64,000 nucleotides of DNA from the NCBI GenBank assembly GCA_030295235.1, contig AP026145.1, positions 310,001-374,000 of the forward strand, given 5' to 3'. Made by a program: the position numbers and the translations under genes. The notes under the pieces were generated by a model, which worked only from the letters and a program-made list of their open reading frames with translations, ran no database searches and was not told where the DNA came from. Shown here in pieces: positions 1 to 12,200 of this stretch (the first letter of the stretch is position 1; each line of letters opens with the position of its first letter). Source of the stretch: Fistulifera solaris. Lineage: Eukaryota.

Positions 1-957
1 ACCATGAGCGTAGATTAAAGCAACGTTAGTCTGCGGTCATCTTCCATAAGCTTTAAGGATACTTAAAAAAAGTGTTGCGTACTTTATTATTCTAGAGACG
101 ATGAATAGCTTTGGCCTTAGCTAAAGTCATCGTTTAGATACGTACACGCCCATAGTTTGGAAACAAGATAACAGGAAGTGATGGTTAGCAAGTCTAGAGG
201 ACTTAAAATCTTCCCAGGGGCTGTTTCCATGCGGACCCCGAAACTTCATTTTGTACGTATGTGTTGAAGTTGAAAGTCCTAGTTCTCTCCTCTCTAGTCT
301 AGGCTTATTCGTGGTTTTAACTAGGATGAAATCACGACTGGACTGGATGTAGTTGTGTACACTTCTTGTCCATAGTGTGGGCGCGAAGCGGCGTCAGCCT
401 TCCATTTTTGCGCGTGTACCGAACTCCGTGTCCTCTCGCCACTGAATCAGTACACATTCTCTTAGTTGACGTTTGATGTCTTTTGGCACTCAATCCAGCG
501 GGCGCGTGAAGATTTCGATACTATGGATTCCGTCTTCGACAAAGGCTATCTTTACTTAAGGAACTCACATGTTGATTCCCTAAGTATGGCTGTAGACTTA
601 GGAACGCGCGCCAGCACGTCGTCGCGCAAGACTGTTTTGAAAACGTTCCCCAGAATTTTCCGTGAGTGATTTGATCGAAGGTCATCTCTTGTTAGGCGTA
701 GTTGGATTGTTCTTAATGAAAATTTCGATTTTTGTTGTATCACTAATCAAAAGACCATCAACAAAGAGGGAGAGAACGTCCCATGTCACTTTTTGAGTCG
801 GCGGAGAGAGAAAGGTCGTGAGAGATCGAACTGTAACTTGCTTGTGATTCTTCCCGCGCACTCGAGAGCTATCACAAAAGTCGGGTCGCTTTGTGAGCAG
901 CTAGAGATCCTGCAGCGTTTATTGAGTGACAGCGTGACTATCAGCGCTTGTGAAAGA

Positions 958-2814
958 ATGAACGACAGTGATTCTCAAAAGTTGGATATGCAGTATTCTT
1001 CGCCGTCTTCATCTTCGAACACTGCTCCAGCAGTGTCTACGCCCAGTCACCCGCATAAGTATCCAATGACGAGCTCAAGCAATCCTCCGGATCCTTCGCT
1101 GCATCATCGATATTGTCTCGTGATTCATCGGCAGCCGTTTCATGTGTTCTCTGGGGAGTCTTTTGAATTTGAGTTTGGGCTTGCGCGTGCTGATCTTGAA
1201 ACAATAACAAGGAATGCAGAAGATAGCAATAGTCCTCCTTCTGTTATTGATATTACCGCTCTTCTTGAATGCCATGTCACGGAAGGTGCTTCCAGTGATC
1301 CGTCATTACCAGATGAAACGACCTTTGAGGTACTTCAGGAGCCACGGATTTCACCTCGACGACAAACAGGGAAACTGGTTGCCCGTATACATCACAACGT
1401 TCAGAAGGAGAGAAACGCATTTGTGATTCGACTCGATGCTAAAGGAGATGTACAGGGAACTCAGTCGGCAGTCATTTACGTTGTACGCGCAAAATTGAAC
1501 ATAACGACTCCTTCTGACTGGCCTGACCCAGTTTGGTATAAAGATGAAGGTGGTCGAGACAAATGCATGGAGGTCACTGTCACCATTACCGATAAGGATT
1601 CGCAACGCCTGCATGAATCCGTACCTCTTCGTATCGAACTATTCTACGAAGCAAAGCCATCTGGGAGACCTACGGCTGTTTTGAACCAGGATATCTTGAG
1701 ATTGCTGGGTTCGTCGAGAATTCTTGAGCTTGATACAAGTGGGCAAACTAAGTTGCGGTTTCGGGTCGAGGACGTATCTAAGAATCACCAGGGTCAGAAT
1801 TTCGTGCTGAAAATTCAACCGAAAGCTGAAATCGTGGACATTGCTCCAGCATGGACTCCTGCTGTAGCTATTCGATCGAAACGAAACAAGCGACAACGAT
1901 CGCACACAACAAACCCTACCGAGGACTTTCCTTCTCCCTTAGCTACCGCTCCCCAACCACCACATCACAATGAACGTCTTCGAGAAGCTGTGAATGGCAT
2001 TACGCGGTGGTCAGAAGAGGTGGTGAATGGTATCTATCCTTTGCAATGGCAGGTAATGGGCTACGCGCAAAACGCTGACGGCAGTTACGACTACAACCGC
2101 CCTTATCACAACATGCAGAATCCAAACGCATTTGTTTCGCGTATCCTCGCCATCTACAACAGCACCACTCGCGATCAGCTGCAATACCTTCGAAATTCTC
2201 TTGAATCGAACTCTCTATTTGATTACGAACATCGTTCTCCGCGAGAGGCATTCAATCCACTGCCAGGGCCGCCCCAGCACGTTGCATACCCACCTCCGCC
2301 CCCTCATTCCAATCAGCAGCTAATGCCTATACCTCATGTACAACAACATCACGCTGCTCCCCATCCCCATCAGCTGTATCCCGTCAAAAATGAGTACGCA
2401 TATTACCGCGACTCACCGAGCGACTTTCCGCCTCGCGCCGACAAGATGGACATGGACGATCATGAAGATGAATCTAGAGTCGAATATGTCTTGGCCAAGC
2501 AATTCAAATCCTTTTCTACTGGAGAAATCTTGGGTTTTCCAGCTTATTCGGCTCACCGACAAATCGTTGGTTTCTTTCGTGAAATCGGAAATGGGTCGCG
2601 TCAATTTAGCTCAATCCGCAAACATTACTTCAATGCCTTTGAACGACAGCAAGCTTCGGAAGTCTTGCTGCAGGAGATTTCGAAGAAGAGTCCCGCTGTG
2701 CATGCTTTGAAAGATTGGGGTTCCTTGCCCAGTTTACTCGACCACGCGCTGGTCTACGATTGGAGCAAGGACCTTAAAAATCCATCTGGACGTTCCTCCA
2801 GGTCGGAAATATAA
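958..2814 (+). CDS. Putative transcription factor with a CudA/STAT-like beta-sandwich region, basic NLS and Pro/His/Gln-rich region
   Basis: Long ORF 793-2814, first ATG at 958. Motifs WYKDEGGRDKC, LRFRVEDVSKNHQGQNFVLKI and AIRSKRNKRQR, followed by a P/H/Q-rich segment. Family assignment is by eye. Confidence 0.6.
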   Translation: MNDSDSQKLDMQYSSPSSSSNTAPAVSTPSHPHKYPMTSSSNPPDPSLHHRYCLVIHRQPFHVFSGESFEFEFGLARADLETITRNAEDSNSPPSVIDITALLECHVTEGASSDPSLPDETTFEVLQEPRISPRRQTGKLVARIHHNVQKERNAFVIRLDAKGDVQGTQSAVIYVVRAKLNITTPSDWPDPVWYKDEGGRDKCMEVTVTITDKDSQRLHESVPLRIELFYEAKPSGRPTAVLNQDILRLLGSSRILELDTSGQTKLRFRVEDVSKNHQGQNFVLKIQPKAEIVDIAPAWTPAVAIRSKRNKRQRSHTTNPTEDFPSPLATAPQPPHHNERLREAVNGITRWSEEVVNGIYPLQWQVMGYAQNADGSYDYNRPYHNMQNPNAFVSRILAIYNSTTRDQLQYLRNSLESNSLFDYEHRSPREAFNPLPGPPQHVAYPPPPPHSNQQLMPIPHVQQHHAAPHPHQLYPVKNEYAYYRDSPSDFPPRADKMDMDDHEDESRVEYVLAKQFKSFSTGEILGFPAYSAHRQIVGFFREIGNGSRQFSSIRKHYFNAFERQQASEVLLQEISKKSPAVHALKDWGSLPSLLDHALVYDWSKDLKNPSGRSSRSEI

Positions 2815-3086
2815 GAAACTAACAATGTAGCATATCGTATACTAGCATGCATTCCTGATTGTCTTCTTGTAAACTTTTTCTCGGTGATTTTTTAGGTACG
2901 TGTATAGTATTTACTATTGCTACAGAGTGCACCTATTTCCTCTTGACACAATAATGCGTTCCAATGACATCTCTCGGCTGCAAAGTCTATTAACCCTGAC
3001 AACCAGCATCGATCACTAAAGGTCAACGTCTTGTAATGCAAGTCGGCAAACGAGGTTCTTATGTACAAAATCCTCATCATGAAGTC

Positions 3087-3550
3087 TTATTGTTCGGGCG
3101 ATTTTGCCTTTGTTTGTTGTTCTTCCTTCTTCTCGTCAATGAATTCGTCTAGTAATTCTTTAGCGCGATAAACTTTAGATTGCAAATAAAAGCTTCCGCC
3201 GCCTCCTCGTTTCACTTCGTTGGCACTCATGTACTTTTCAAATTGCTTTGTTTTCAAAGAAACGATGAGATTTAAATGCCTAAGATTTTCGTTAAGGACG
3301 ACAGCGTATGACAATTTCGTACCTTTTGTATTGCTTCTGCGGTCAGTTTTTCTTCTTGATGTAGATTCAGTATCTGAAGCGCTTCTTCTTTCGACATGGC
3401 CTTTCGTGTGACGGCTTGCGCGGCGGTGACTCCGCCTTTTTTCGCATTTCCCAGTGCCTGCGCATAAGCCGCCGGCAGTGCGCGCACTAACACTGCTATG
3501 GCAGGGACTATGACTTGTGCAATGATGCGAGCCAGAGGACCGACTGCCAT
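3087..3550 (-). CDS. PAM16: Mitochondrial import motor subunit Pam16/Tim16 (J-like protein)
   Basis: Exon 1 3550-3323 (MAVGPLARIIAQV...AYAQAL...MSKEEALQILNL), GT-AG intron 3322-3246, exon 2 3245-3087 in frame (QFEKYMSANEVKRGGGGSFYLQSKVYRAKE). The GGSFYLQSKV motif is typical of Pam16. Confidence 0.92.
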
Positions 3551-4009
3551 TTCTCTTTGCTATGTTGTTGTTATAAAGCAATGGTGTGTTTTGTCGGAAC
3601 AATTTTTTTGTGATAAAGTCGCAATCCTCATGGTCGTCGACGGAGGTGCCGGAAGAAGGCCAGTCGTCAGTCATGGCTAGCAATCGTGAATCGTGACTCG
3701 TGACCGTGACCCATAAATTTTCGTTTCTTGCTGGCGCCGTAAACCAACATTTTAACTGACACTCAGAGTACCGGTCCTTGATTATTTACACATAATTAGG
3801 CCATAAAGCAGCCGTTGTGAGCTCAACGGACAGCGTGACGACTTCGCGGTTTGCGGGCAACGCAAAAACTCCTCCGCTTCGACATCAAGTCACAACACAA
3901 GGCCCGTCGTGACCGTGACCTGTCAATAGGAACAAGACACCCAACAGCAACCACACTTTCAGTGTCAAGGAAAAAGGTTCTTTCCACATCTCTTTGCTGA
4001 TTCTTGCAC

Positions 4010-5798
4010 ATGGGTTGCGGATCATCGACTGCTTCAAAAGGGCGGGTAAGAAATATTATTTGTCGTTTCACCGAGCGAAGAGCGCTGTCGCTGTCCGCCA
4101 TCGTGCTTCACGATTCTCTCCCAGCCTCGTGCTGTTCGTCCCGCTTCGAAATGACTCTGCATGTCCCACTCGCATTCATATTCTGATTTCTAGTTATACT
4201 AACACGTTTTGAGCGATATAGGAATCCACAAAGGTACCTAGTGCGACATCTCCTACCCGCGATTTTTTCCCATCCCCCAACGAGCCAAAGAATCCACCGA
4301 AACTCCATTCCGAGACTTCGCCGAGTGTTTCCGACAAACCTTCTATTCCCAAAGTCACTCCAGAAACAAAAGAGAGCCCCAATAAAGTCAAGAAAGACAC
4401 TACAAATACACTAAATAAGGAAACAATGGTATCCCCCATCTCCCCGAAGAAGAAATCAACGTACGTTCCGCCGGCTCCGATTACGGTCATGTCGGCTCCG
4501 ACGAAATCCGATTCGACGAAAAGAAGAGCGGATCGAGTAAACCGACTGTAACGAAGAAGACTTCGAAAACATCCGCACCTGTAGAAGACACGAGTGAAGG
4601 ATCGGTCGAACCGTTCGGCGGCAACTCGTCGCATTCCGGCGATCCATTGAGTCTACGGGACGACAGTGAAGATGACTTTGGCGAAAAAGCTTTGGGAAGA
4701 GATGAGTTTGAACCGGCCGTTCCGTTGAAAGCGGCGGAAAAGTCCAAGCCGGTACAGCAATACAATCACGCCACGCATTCGACTCCGGAGCCCAGCTCCG
4801 AATCGGGGATGCGATTTGATGAGCTCTATCGATTGAAGGGCGTTCTCGGAACGGGTGCCTTTTCGACCGTCCGGGAAGGCTTTCATCGATCGAATGCCGA
4901 TTTCTCGTACGCTGTGAAGTGTATCAATCGAAAGAAGATGAGTGAAGAAGACGAGGCGGCTCTGTTGGATGAAGTTGGCATTCTCAAGGAACTACGACAT
5001 GCGCATATCATCCGCTTGTATGATTTTTTTGTCGAGCCGTCGACTTACTATTTGGTGATGGAACGGATGCGAGGAGGTGAACTGTTTGATCGCATTGTGG
5101 CAAAAGCGTATTACAACGAGAAGGAGGCACGAGATACATGCTTGATTGTCTTGCAGGCCGTTGGTTACTGTCATAAGAACAGGGTTGCACACAGGGACTT
5201 GAAGCCGGAGAATCTTTTGCTGTTGAGTGAAGACGATGACACCTCCGTCAAGATCGCCGATTTTGGATTTGCCAAGCGGGTGCTAGAGCCTAATTCCTTG
5301 TCCACGCAATGCGGAACACCCGGCTATGTGGCTCCCGAAATTTTAGAAGGAACACTGTACGACGAGCGAGCGGACATGTGGAGCGTGGGAGTTATTCTGT
5401 ATATTCTGTTGGGTGGATATCCCCCATTCATTGAGTCGACCCAGCGTGACTTGTTCCGAAAGATTAGAAAGGGCGAGTATGAATTTCATGAAGAGTACTG
5501 GGGCACGGTCAGTTCCGAAGCAAAGGATTTGATTCGAAACCTTTTAATGGTCAACATTAAGAAGCGTTTAACAGCAGAACAAGCTTTGAAGAACGCTTGG
5601 ATATTAGGCGACGACGCGAAACTCGCCAATCGTGATTTGGGTGTGAATCTTGACAAGCTGCGAAGTTTCAACGGTAAGCGAAAATTCCGTGCCGCTGTTG
5701 CGACCGTGATGGCAGTCAACAAGTTGAACAGCCTCGGTCTAGCATTCATGGAAAAGCCGTTTTCACATATCAGTGATGACGGAGGAAAGTCAAATTAA
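4010..5798 (+). CDS. Ca2+/calmodulin-dependent protein kinase (CaMK-like) with N-terminal MGCGSS acylation motif
   Basis: Exon 1 4010-4045 MGCGSSTASKGR, intron 4046-4221 (GTAAG...TAG), S/P/K-rich linker with a probable 1-nt indel near 4520. Kinase motifs LGTGAFS, YAVK, HRDLKPEN, DFG, CGTPGYVAPE. C-terminal FNGKRKFRAAV resembles a CaM-binding helix. Confidence 0.9.
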
Positions 5799-6373
5799 CG
5801 TTATGGCTTTCTGGCATACTTCCCGCTTCCATGGTACGGTTTATAGGTTTCTCTGAGACTGGAATCGTTCTTTTCCTGCTCTTTTATAATTTCTAATTGC
5901 ACCCATTTGCCGCTGCGCAGGGAGATATCAGTCACGGTGTATTGCAATGTAGCACAATCAATGAATTCTTTTACTTCCTTCGTTCACCGGTGTCACTAAT
6001 ACTTCTTGAAGGAATTGTATAGATGTGATTTCTCGAGCGTCCTCTTAATTGACCTCTTCATACTTCGTTCCTGAGCCTTACCGTTTCAATAAACTTTTTA
6101 TTCTGTGAATGTTGCCTTGAAACAGAGAGGTATGCTCAAAAATGAGACCGACAATTATTAACCCTAGATGTCACGTGACTGAAACCGGCTGACTCCTCAC
6201 GGGTGTGTGTCCCCACAGTTTTGTAAACAGTATAACCTTAAACCTTAAATCGATTGCGGTCTGTCATCTACCGCGGAAAACTCGAGACGACGAAAAAAAA
6301 AATTGTGCCTTCCCGTATTTTGACGGATGGCGATGGTGAATGTGAGTGTTATTAACACAAAGCGGTAGGCAAC

Positions 6374-6758
6374 ATGAAGACTGCAAACGACAAAACATCG
6401 AAAGCATCACCTGCTAAGCCAGAGGAGACTGCGGCGGAGAAAGAATCATCTGGGTGGAGCGAGATTGAGGGTCTTTTGAACAGTGGCAAAAGAAGAAGAA
6501 AGAACAAAAAGAGGAGATAGAAGAGCTGGAGCGGAACCGGAAGAAAAAGAAAAAAGAACCATTCATCGAGTACTTCTACAGTGTCAGGGAAGTCGAACAC
6601 AAAGTGGATAGATGACGGCCTGGGGGGTGTTTACAATTCAGAAGGGTTCACCGGACGAGTCGAAGATGGTGTGAAAGTTTTCAAAGCGCATATCCTGCAA
6701 AGAAAATGCAGGTCAATCTCCCGATTGCCCTTTTGACTGCGACTGCTGCTTCATATAA
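6374..6758 (+). CDS. DUF1764-like small protein (frameshifted in this assembly, absent from the ORF track)
   Basis: ATG at 6374 (MKTANDKTSK...SEIEGLL), Lys-rich middle, then WIDDGLGG...TGRVEDGVKVF and C-terminal PDCPFDCDCCFI-stop at 6758. Needs indels in A-rich runs near 6500 and 6705. Confidence 0.7.
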
Positions 6759-7105
6759 CAGATTGAACGTTTTTTAAAAAGAGAAGAGGCGTCGGCTGCA
6801 ATGAACAAAGATTTGACGTTGATTTTTATGCTCTCAATCTGTGCCTTTACATTCTCGCACTCAAAAGACTGAGGCAAGTCTGGAGCAAAGTGAGCACGAA
6901 TTTAGCAGCGGAAGCTACTATTTGCCTTGATAAAAAGGACAATTGCTGTCAATTGTCGATTTGTGAAAGTGGAAACGTAATGAGGCTTAAAAGGGGCTTC
7001 CTTGTTATACCATTAATAAAGTTATGACCACATTATTCTAGTTTCTATGAATTTCTAATTCTTTTCTGTTCATCAAAACTTTGATTCGGACAAAACATGC
7101 AAAGT

Positions 7106-8515
7106 TTAAAGCTCGGAACTTTCCTCATCTGGAAGCGTGATCCATAAGCCGAGAGCAGTCCAGGCGGCGATTGAGATAACACTCAACACGTAAGACGGAA
7201 GGTAGACACCCGCCACTGTTTGAGCACTGGAAAGGCCCTGAGATTTGAGTAGAACTACAACAATCAGTGCTCCAGGCAGTGCAGCATTGACAATGACTAC
7301 CAAGAGTGCCATTGGCGGAACACTAATGGGTAAGAAGGCCAGCAGGAGAATCACTAGGGCCGGAGTAACGAAAAGACGCGATGCTATGTACCAGAACAAA
7401 TATCGAGCGTGTTCGCCTTGATGTTGCTTCGATTCGTCTGAAGAGGTTAGGTTCGAAGAAGAGAACCACCGCCTCCAAAATGGAAGGCTAGTAGCACTGT
7501 CGTCTGTAGCTAAACATCTCGGTTCCCCTGACGCTTCACTGTCGCGCTGTCGTTCGGGCGTTTCCGCCATCCACGCTAGAGGAACCAGACTGGCGGCCAC
7601 AACAATAGTGCTGACACTTGACGAGGCAATTCCCATTGTGTGGATAGCATCGCCAATGAATCGCAGTGGAGCGCCGGGTTCAAACAGCGCATCACGGAGA
7701 GGGCCAATGCATCCGGTTACAATTCCTGCAGCCATTGCTAAAAATCCCGGCGATGAGAAAGTTTGCTTGATCACATTTGTTACTGTCTGAAGAAATGTGG
7801 AAGACTTGTTTGTTGAGCGCGCATTGCTCGAACGTTCAGCGTTGCCTTGAAGAACCTCAGTGCCAAGGCTCTCGTCCATTCGAGATAAAGAAATTTCCGC
7901 CGTTTGGTCCTCACTTTGTTGCTTGGCTTCTGCCGCTCGCATTAATTCGGGGAGACCAAATGTAAAGAAACAGAAACTCCATCCAAAAAAGTAAACGAAA
8001 ATCATGCTATTCGCATCGGCTGTGCATGCTTCGATGGGACTTAAGCTTGTGCTATCCGAAGACGTTCGATTGATCGTAAAATTTTCGTAAACAACGGCGT
8101 GTTCGCAAAGACTCGGAAAAATCAAAATCGGCAAAGCAACAATATTTGGGTATGTCGCCGCAATCCGCAATGCTTTGAAGTCTTCCTCTAAACGCGGCAA
8201 CATCATGTACCCTAAGACTGTCGCGACGACATAACTGAGGCCTAGACTGGAAAAGGCGGCAACGACAATGAACCAGTAGTCTCCTATTGACTCTGGACTG
8301 ATGCTCTGTGCTGTTGTACTGTAAATCAGTGACAATGTCAAAGTGTGAAAGGAGAATCGCGCAATGGTGGAAACGGAAGTGCTCGGCATCAAAGGTTGTG
8401 TTCGCGGATACAGAACGGAAGCAAAACCGACAGCCCCGATCAAGAAAACCTTAGATACGCTCTGAGCGGAAGCCGCTATAACGGAAGTGATTTGCGAAGT
8501 GGAAGCGGATGCCAT
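7106..8515 (-). CDS. Auxin efflux carrier (AEC/PIN-LIKES) family membrane transporter
   Basis: 469-aa ORF with two blocks of ~5 hydrophobic helices around a hydrophilic loop. Motifs YPNIVALPILI, LRDALFEPGAPLRFIGDA and ASRLFVTP. Confidence 0.8.
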   Translation of the reverse strand: MASASTSQITSVIAASAQSVSKVFLIGAVGFASVLYPRTQPLMPSTSVSTIARFSFHTLTLSLIYSTTAQSISPESIGDYWFIVVAAFSSLGLSYVVATVLGYMMLPRLEEDFKALRIAATYPNIVALPILIFPSLCEHAVVYENFTINRTSSDSTSLSPIEACTADANSMIFVYFFGWSFCFFTFGLPELMRAAEAKQQSEDQTAEISLSRMDESLGTEVLQGNAERSSNARSTNKSSTFLQTVTNVIKQTFSSPGFLAMAAGIVTGCIGPLRDALFEPGAPLRFIGDAIHTMGIASSSVSTIVVAASLVPLAWMAETPERQRDSEASGEPRCLATDDSATSLPFWRRWFSSSNLTSSDESKQHQGEHARYLFWYIASRLFVTPALVILLLAFLPISVPPMALLVVIVNAALPGALIVVVLLKSQGLSSAQTVAGVYLPSYVLSVISIAAWTALGLWITLPDEESSEL

Positions 8516-9280
8516 TCTTTGCGAGAACTGCTAATCGTGCGGCTGAATGCTTGTTGTCACTCAGATGACGACAAATAATAATAATGCGGTGTATTTCGGA
8601 GTAATTCTGCACAGGCCTAAGAACCCGCGATAATTGCTTGAAAGAAAGCTCTTTTTTTCTTTTTGATGGATATCGAAATGTATGTCGTCAAACAGCAATC
8701 GTTCTCCTTTTCTTTCAATTTCCAGACCCGTTGTCCTGTTTTTCGCTTTGTCGAAGTGTTCGTTGTCGTTCGGCGTCGTCGGCGGCCGGCGGCGTTTCGA
8801 TTTCGAGGGAGGGTTTCGTGCAAAAGGGTTTCGAGTTCTTCGCATCCGGGTCTTTTTTCTTGTTAAGCGGAAGTGCCAAGTCCTAAGAAAGAATACCGGA
8901 GTGAAAAATATCCCTTAAGTGACGACCATCAACGACAATTAATATCAGGAATAGAGTAGAGTATTCTTATAGTGACAACGTCACCCTGAAATATTCTTTC
9001 TAAGCAAAATACAAGTAAATAGGAAATAGAGTATCAGTTACTGTATACTTGAATAAAAATTTTGATACTGCGCATAAACGTCAAACGGTGCAAACTACGC
9101 GCCAGCCGAAGAGTTCAAAGACAGCTTCATCGTTTGAAGCTCAGCTTGGCTTTATTGACTTTCTTTCACCTGTTTCTTTGTCTTTGCAAACCCAATTAAC
9201 GACTGTATTTCAAAGCATCGTCATCTTTTTGGACCTGTCACAGAAGGGTTCTCAAATACATCTACCCCTGACATAATATC

Positions 9281-12200
9281 ATGATGCGACGACGACAGAG
9301 TCAGCTTGAGCCTCCGGCGGAAGGAGAGGCTGCTCATGCATACGGCAACACCAGTGGGCGGTCTTCCGATCAAACAATGAGAAACGATCCTCCGGATCAT
9401 CGAGCAATTGAACCTTTTGTGAGCGAAGGGAGAGATTTTGCGGGTGGTCGCGATCCATCGGTCATCAATCAAGGAACGCGGCCGACGAAAAGTAAAACCT
9501 CGTCTTGGTCGGCGGCTGCTATGCGCTCCGCCATGCGCTTGTCTCAGGAAAACTATCAGCAAGCACGTGACCCATCTGTCGTGAATGAGCAAGCTATCTC
9601 AATCAACAAAACGAAAAGCCGTGATCCGCCTCCAGATAGCAGAGAGTCGTCAAAGAAAGATACTGCTGTCAACCGTACAGTTCATGCCAGCTTGGGCTTG
9701 CCGCCATCGGGGAGTTATTCGTCGACTGTGGGCAGCTCATCAAGTGGGAGTCCCAATTCGCAGCAGAGAGTCTTTCTGAGGAACTTTTTGAAAAAGAAAG
9801 GTGAAAAAGCGAATGTGCCGACGAAGACGATGGCCACTGCCAAACAAAAACTGCTGAGAAATGTCTTGCAAAAGAGCCAAGGGGGCGTACTGAAATCCAG
9901 TCTTTCCGCGGAAGAGGCCCAAATCTATCGTTCAAGCTCTGGTTCGCCCACGAATGGTAGCTTGCGAGAAAAGTGGAAGCGCAAGGCAGCGGCGAACGCA
10001 TCTCGAACGGGGCAGCGACCGAGTCATGATCCGCCAAAAGAGGAAACTGCAAAGAGTACACACCAGCAATTAGCCAAACCGAACTTGAGCATTGATTCTG
10101 ACGTTTCTGCGGGGACAAAGGCCAGAAATAGGGAGAACTCCGACGAAGTGCGGAAACAAGTGAAAGGAGGTTCGACGGGGATGAGCATTCGAAAACGATA
10201 CGAAGAGACACTTCGTGAGAAGACATTTCAAAAGTCGGTCACGGACGGGCCAAAGGCTGTACAGATTGAATTCGGTGATGTACAGAAAGATGAATATGAT
10301 GATTTCCTCGACATTCTCCATGAAGAAGTCATGGGGCAACACGCTCAGGTACGTCAACTTTTCCTTTGCAACGGGCACGCGCCGTTTACATGCCACTCTA
10401 ACAAAATGTTGTCAGTTATGGGAAAATTTTCGGGCGACCATGACGAACACGCCTGCATTTACAGTCGAGCTCAAATCTCCAGCAAAAGCATTCAAATTCG
10501 ACTCTGAGACAAAAGAGCTTCTTATGCAAATGAATCTTTACTTGAAAAATGTTTCCACTGTCGAGCATCTTGGTGTGACGCAACTCGTCAAGGATAAGAA
10601 ATATCGGAAAGAAATCTCACGTCTGAGCATGTTGGCTGGCGGTGGTGCCGATAATAGTCGTCGATCATCCGTTCTTCCTCCTATTCTGGCTGAACGGGTC
10701 CAACGACGAAAAAGCGATGGACATGAGGTGATGGTTAGCAGATCGGTGAACATGGAAAACAATGATAGCAGGGGTGAGGTTGCTTCTAGACGAGAGAGCG
10801 TCAAAGGTGAACGACGTGCATCAGCGGCACAACATAGCTCATCAAAACCTTTCAATAACAAGTATGACGTCAATGAAGCAGCAGAAGATAGATCGCACAG
10901 AAAGACTTCAGAAGTTTCAGCCATTCAGACAGCCTTGAGTGACGATAGTTCCGTGAGTCTCAACCGATATGACGTTCCGTCTCGAATCGAGCAAGAGTAT
11001 GACCCTGTAACGGCACAGCGAAGCAATGATGATACTGAAAATCAGTCGCAACTGGAAAAGCGGAAGTTCGATACAATTCTCTCCACGCGAACTCTTTCGT
11101 CCGCCATTGACCAGGATTTCTCTAAACGTATGCCTCCTGAGGTGACGAAAAGCCATTCTGCTTTCCATAACAACTCAACAAACAGACCAGGCCACCAAAA
11201 GCGCGTTCCTACTGACGACGATAAGATAACACCAAAGCAACTTCTCACCACACCGAAATCAGATTTTGGTTTTGAAGTAACATTGGGTCAATTTGAATCA
11301 AAAATGCTCCCGTCGTGTCCAGGCTCCGATCACTCTAAATCTATGCCAGGGTCCGCTGTTCCTTGGAAAGACGTCCGCCTAAAATCAGTGTCCTCTTGTT
11401 CGCCTGGAAGTCAAGGCGAAGTATCGAAGTTGTCCCCTGCATTCGCGCAGTTGCAGCTTCGACGTGTAGATTCATCTACTGTTTCGCCTTCGTCCGCGGC
11501 TATGGAGTCCCAGCTCAGATATAGTTTTGATTCTCAAAGCTTTGCCACAAACGAGGTCACGAGTATCATCAGTCCAAGTACCACTCAACAGAATTACCCT
11601 GGAGCCGGCGATCCTTCGGAACGCACACCTCCAATTCAGAACTCCAAACATGTACGACAAAATACGATCGATTCAGCATCGAGCTATTCCGTCGAAAGTT
11701 CTGGTATCACCAATGCAGATGCATGCATATACTTGAAACATCGGGAAGACGGTGTAGAAAAGGTTTTTGTATCCAAGGAACGCTTAAGAAAGACATTTCA
11801 GATATCGGAAGACTCACCTCCGCAACTAGTGTGGGTTCTCGAGCGTTCCATGATTAAGTCGTTAAGTCTAGACATGGCAGACAATCAGGCAATCTTATTC
11901 CTTGATGAAGGAGGAAAAAAAGAAACTCTTGCATTCGCTAACGCTGAGGACTGTCTCCGGTTTGCAAATAGCTTCTATCAGTTCTCAGCGCCATCCACAC
12001 AGCCAAGCACAGATAGTGGAATACCAAATAGCGTTAACCAGCAAGATGAAGAAGACGACGAGGTATCTCTGCTTGACACACTAAACGAGGAAGAACAGAA
12101 GGTCCTGGAAATGTATAGAAGGTTAAGAAAGACCAAGGCAGCCGAAGATGCCATGCAGGAAAGTATATCACAAGAGGCTACCCGAGCGGATGACCAAGTT

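Noticed and set aside
1..900. Possible mobile-element end (several CTAG sites) in the non-coding start of the window
   Set aside because: No terminal repeat, hairpin-plus-CTAG terminus or transposase fragment could be identified.
6155..6250. Telomere-like TAACCCTA and AACCTTA motifs
   Set aside because: Only one or two imperfect copies, too short to call an interstitial telomere or telo-box cluster.
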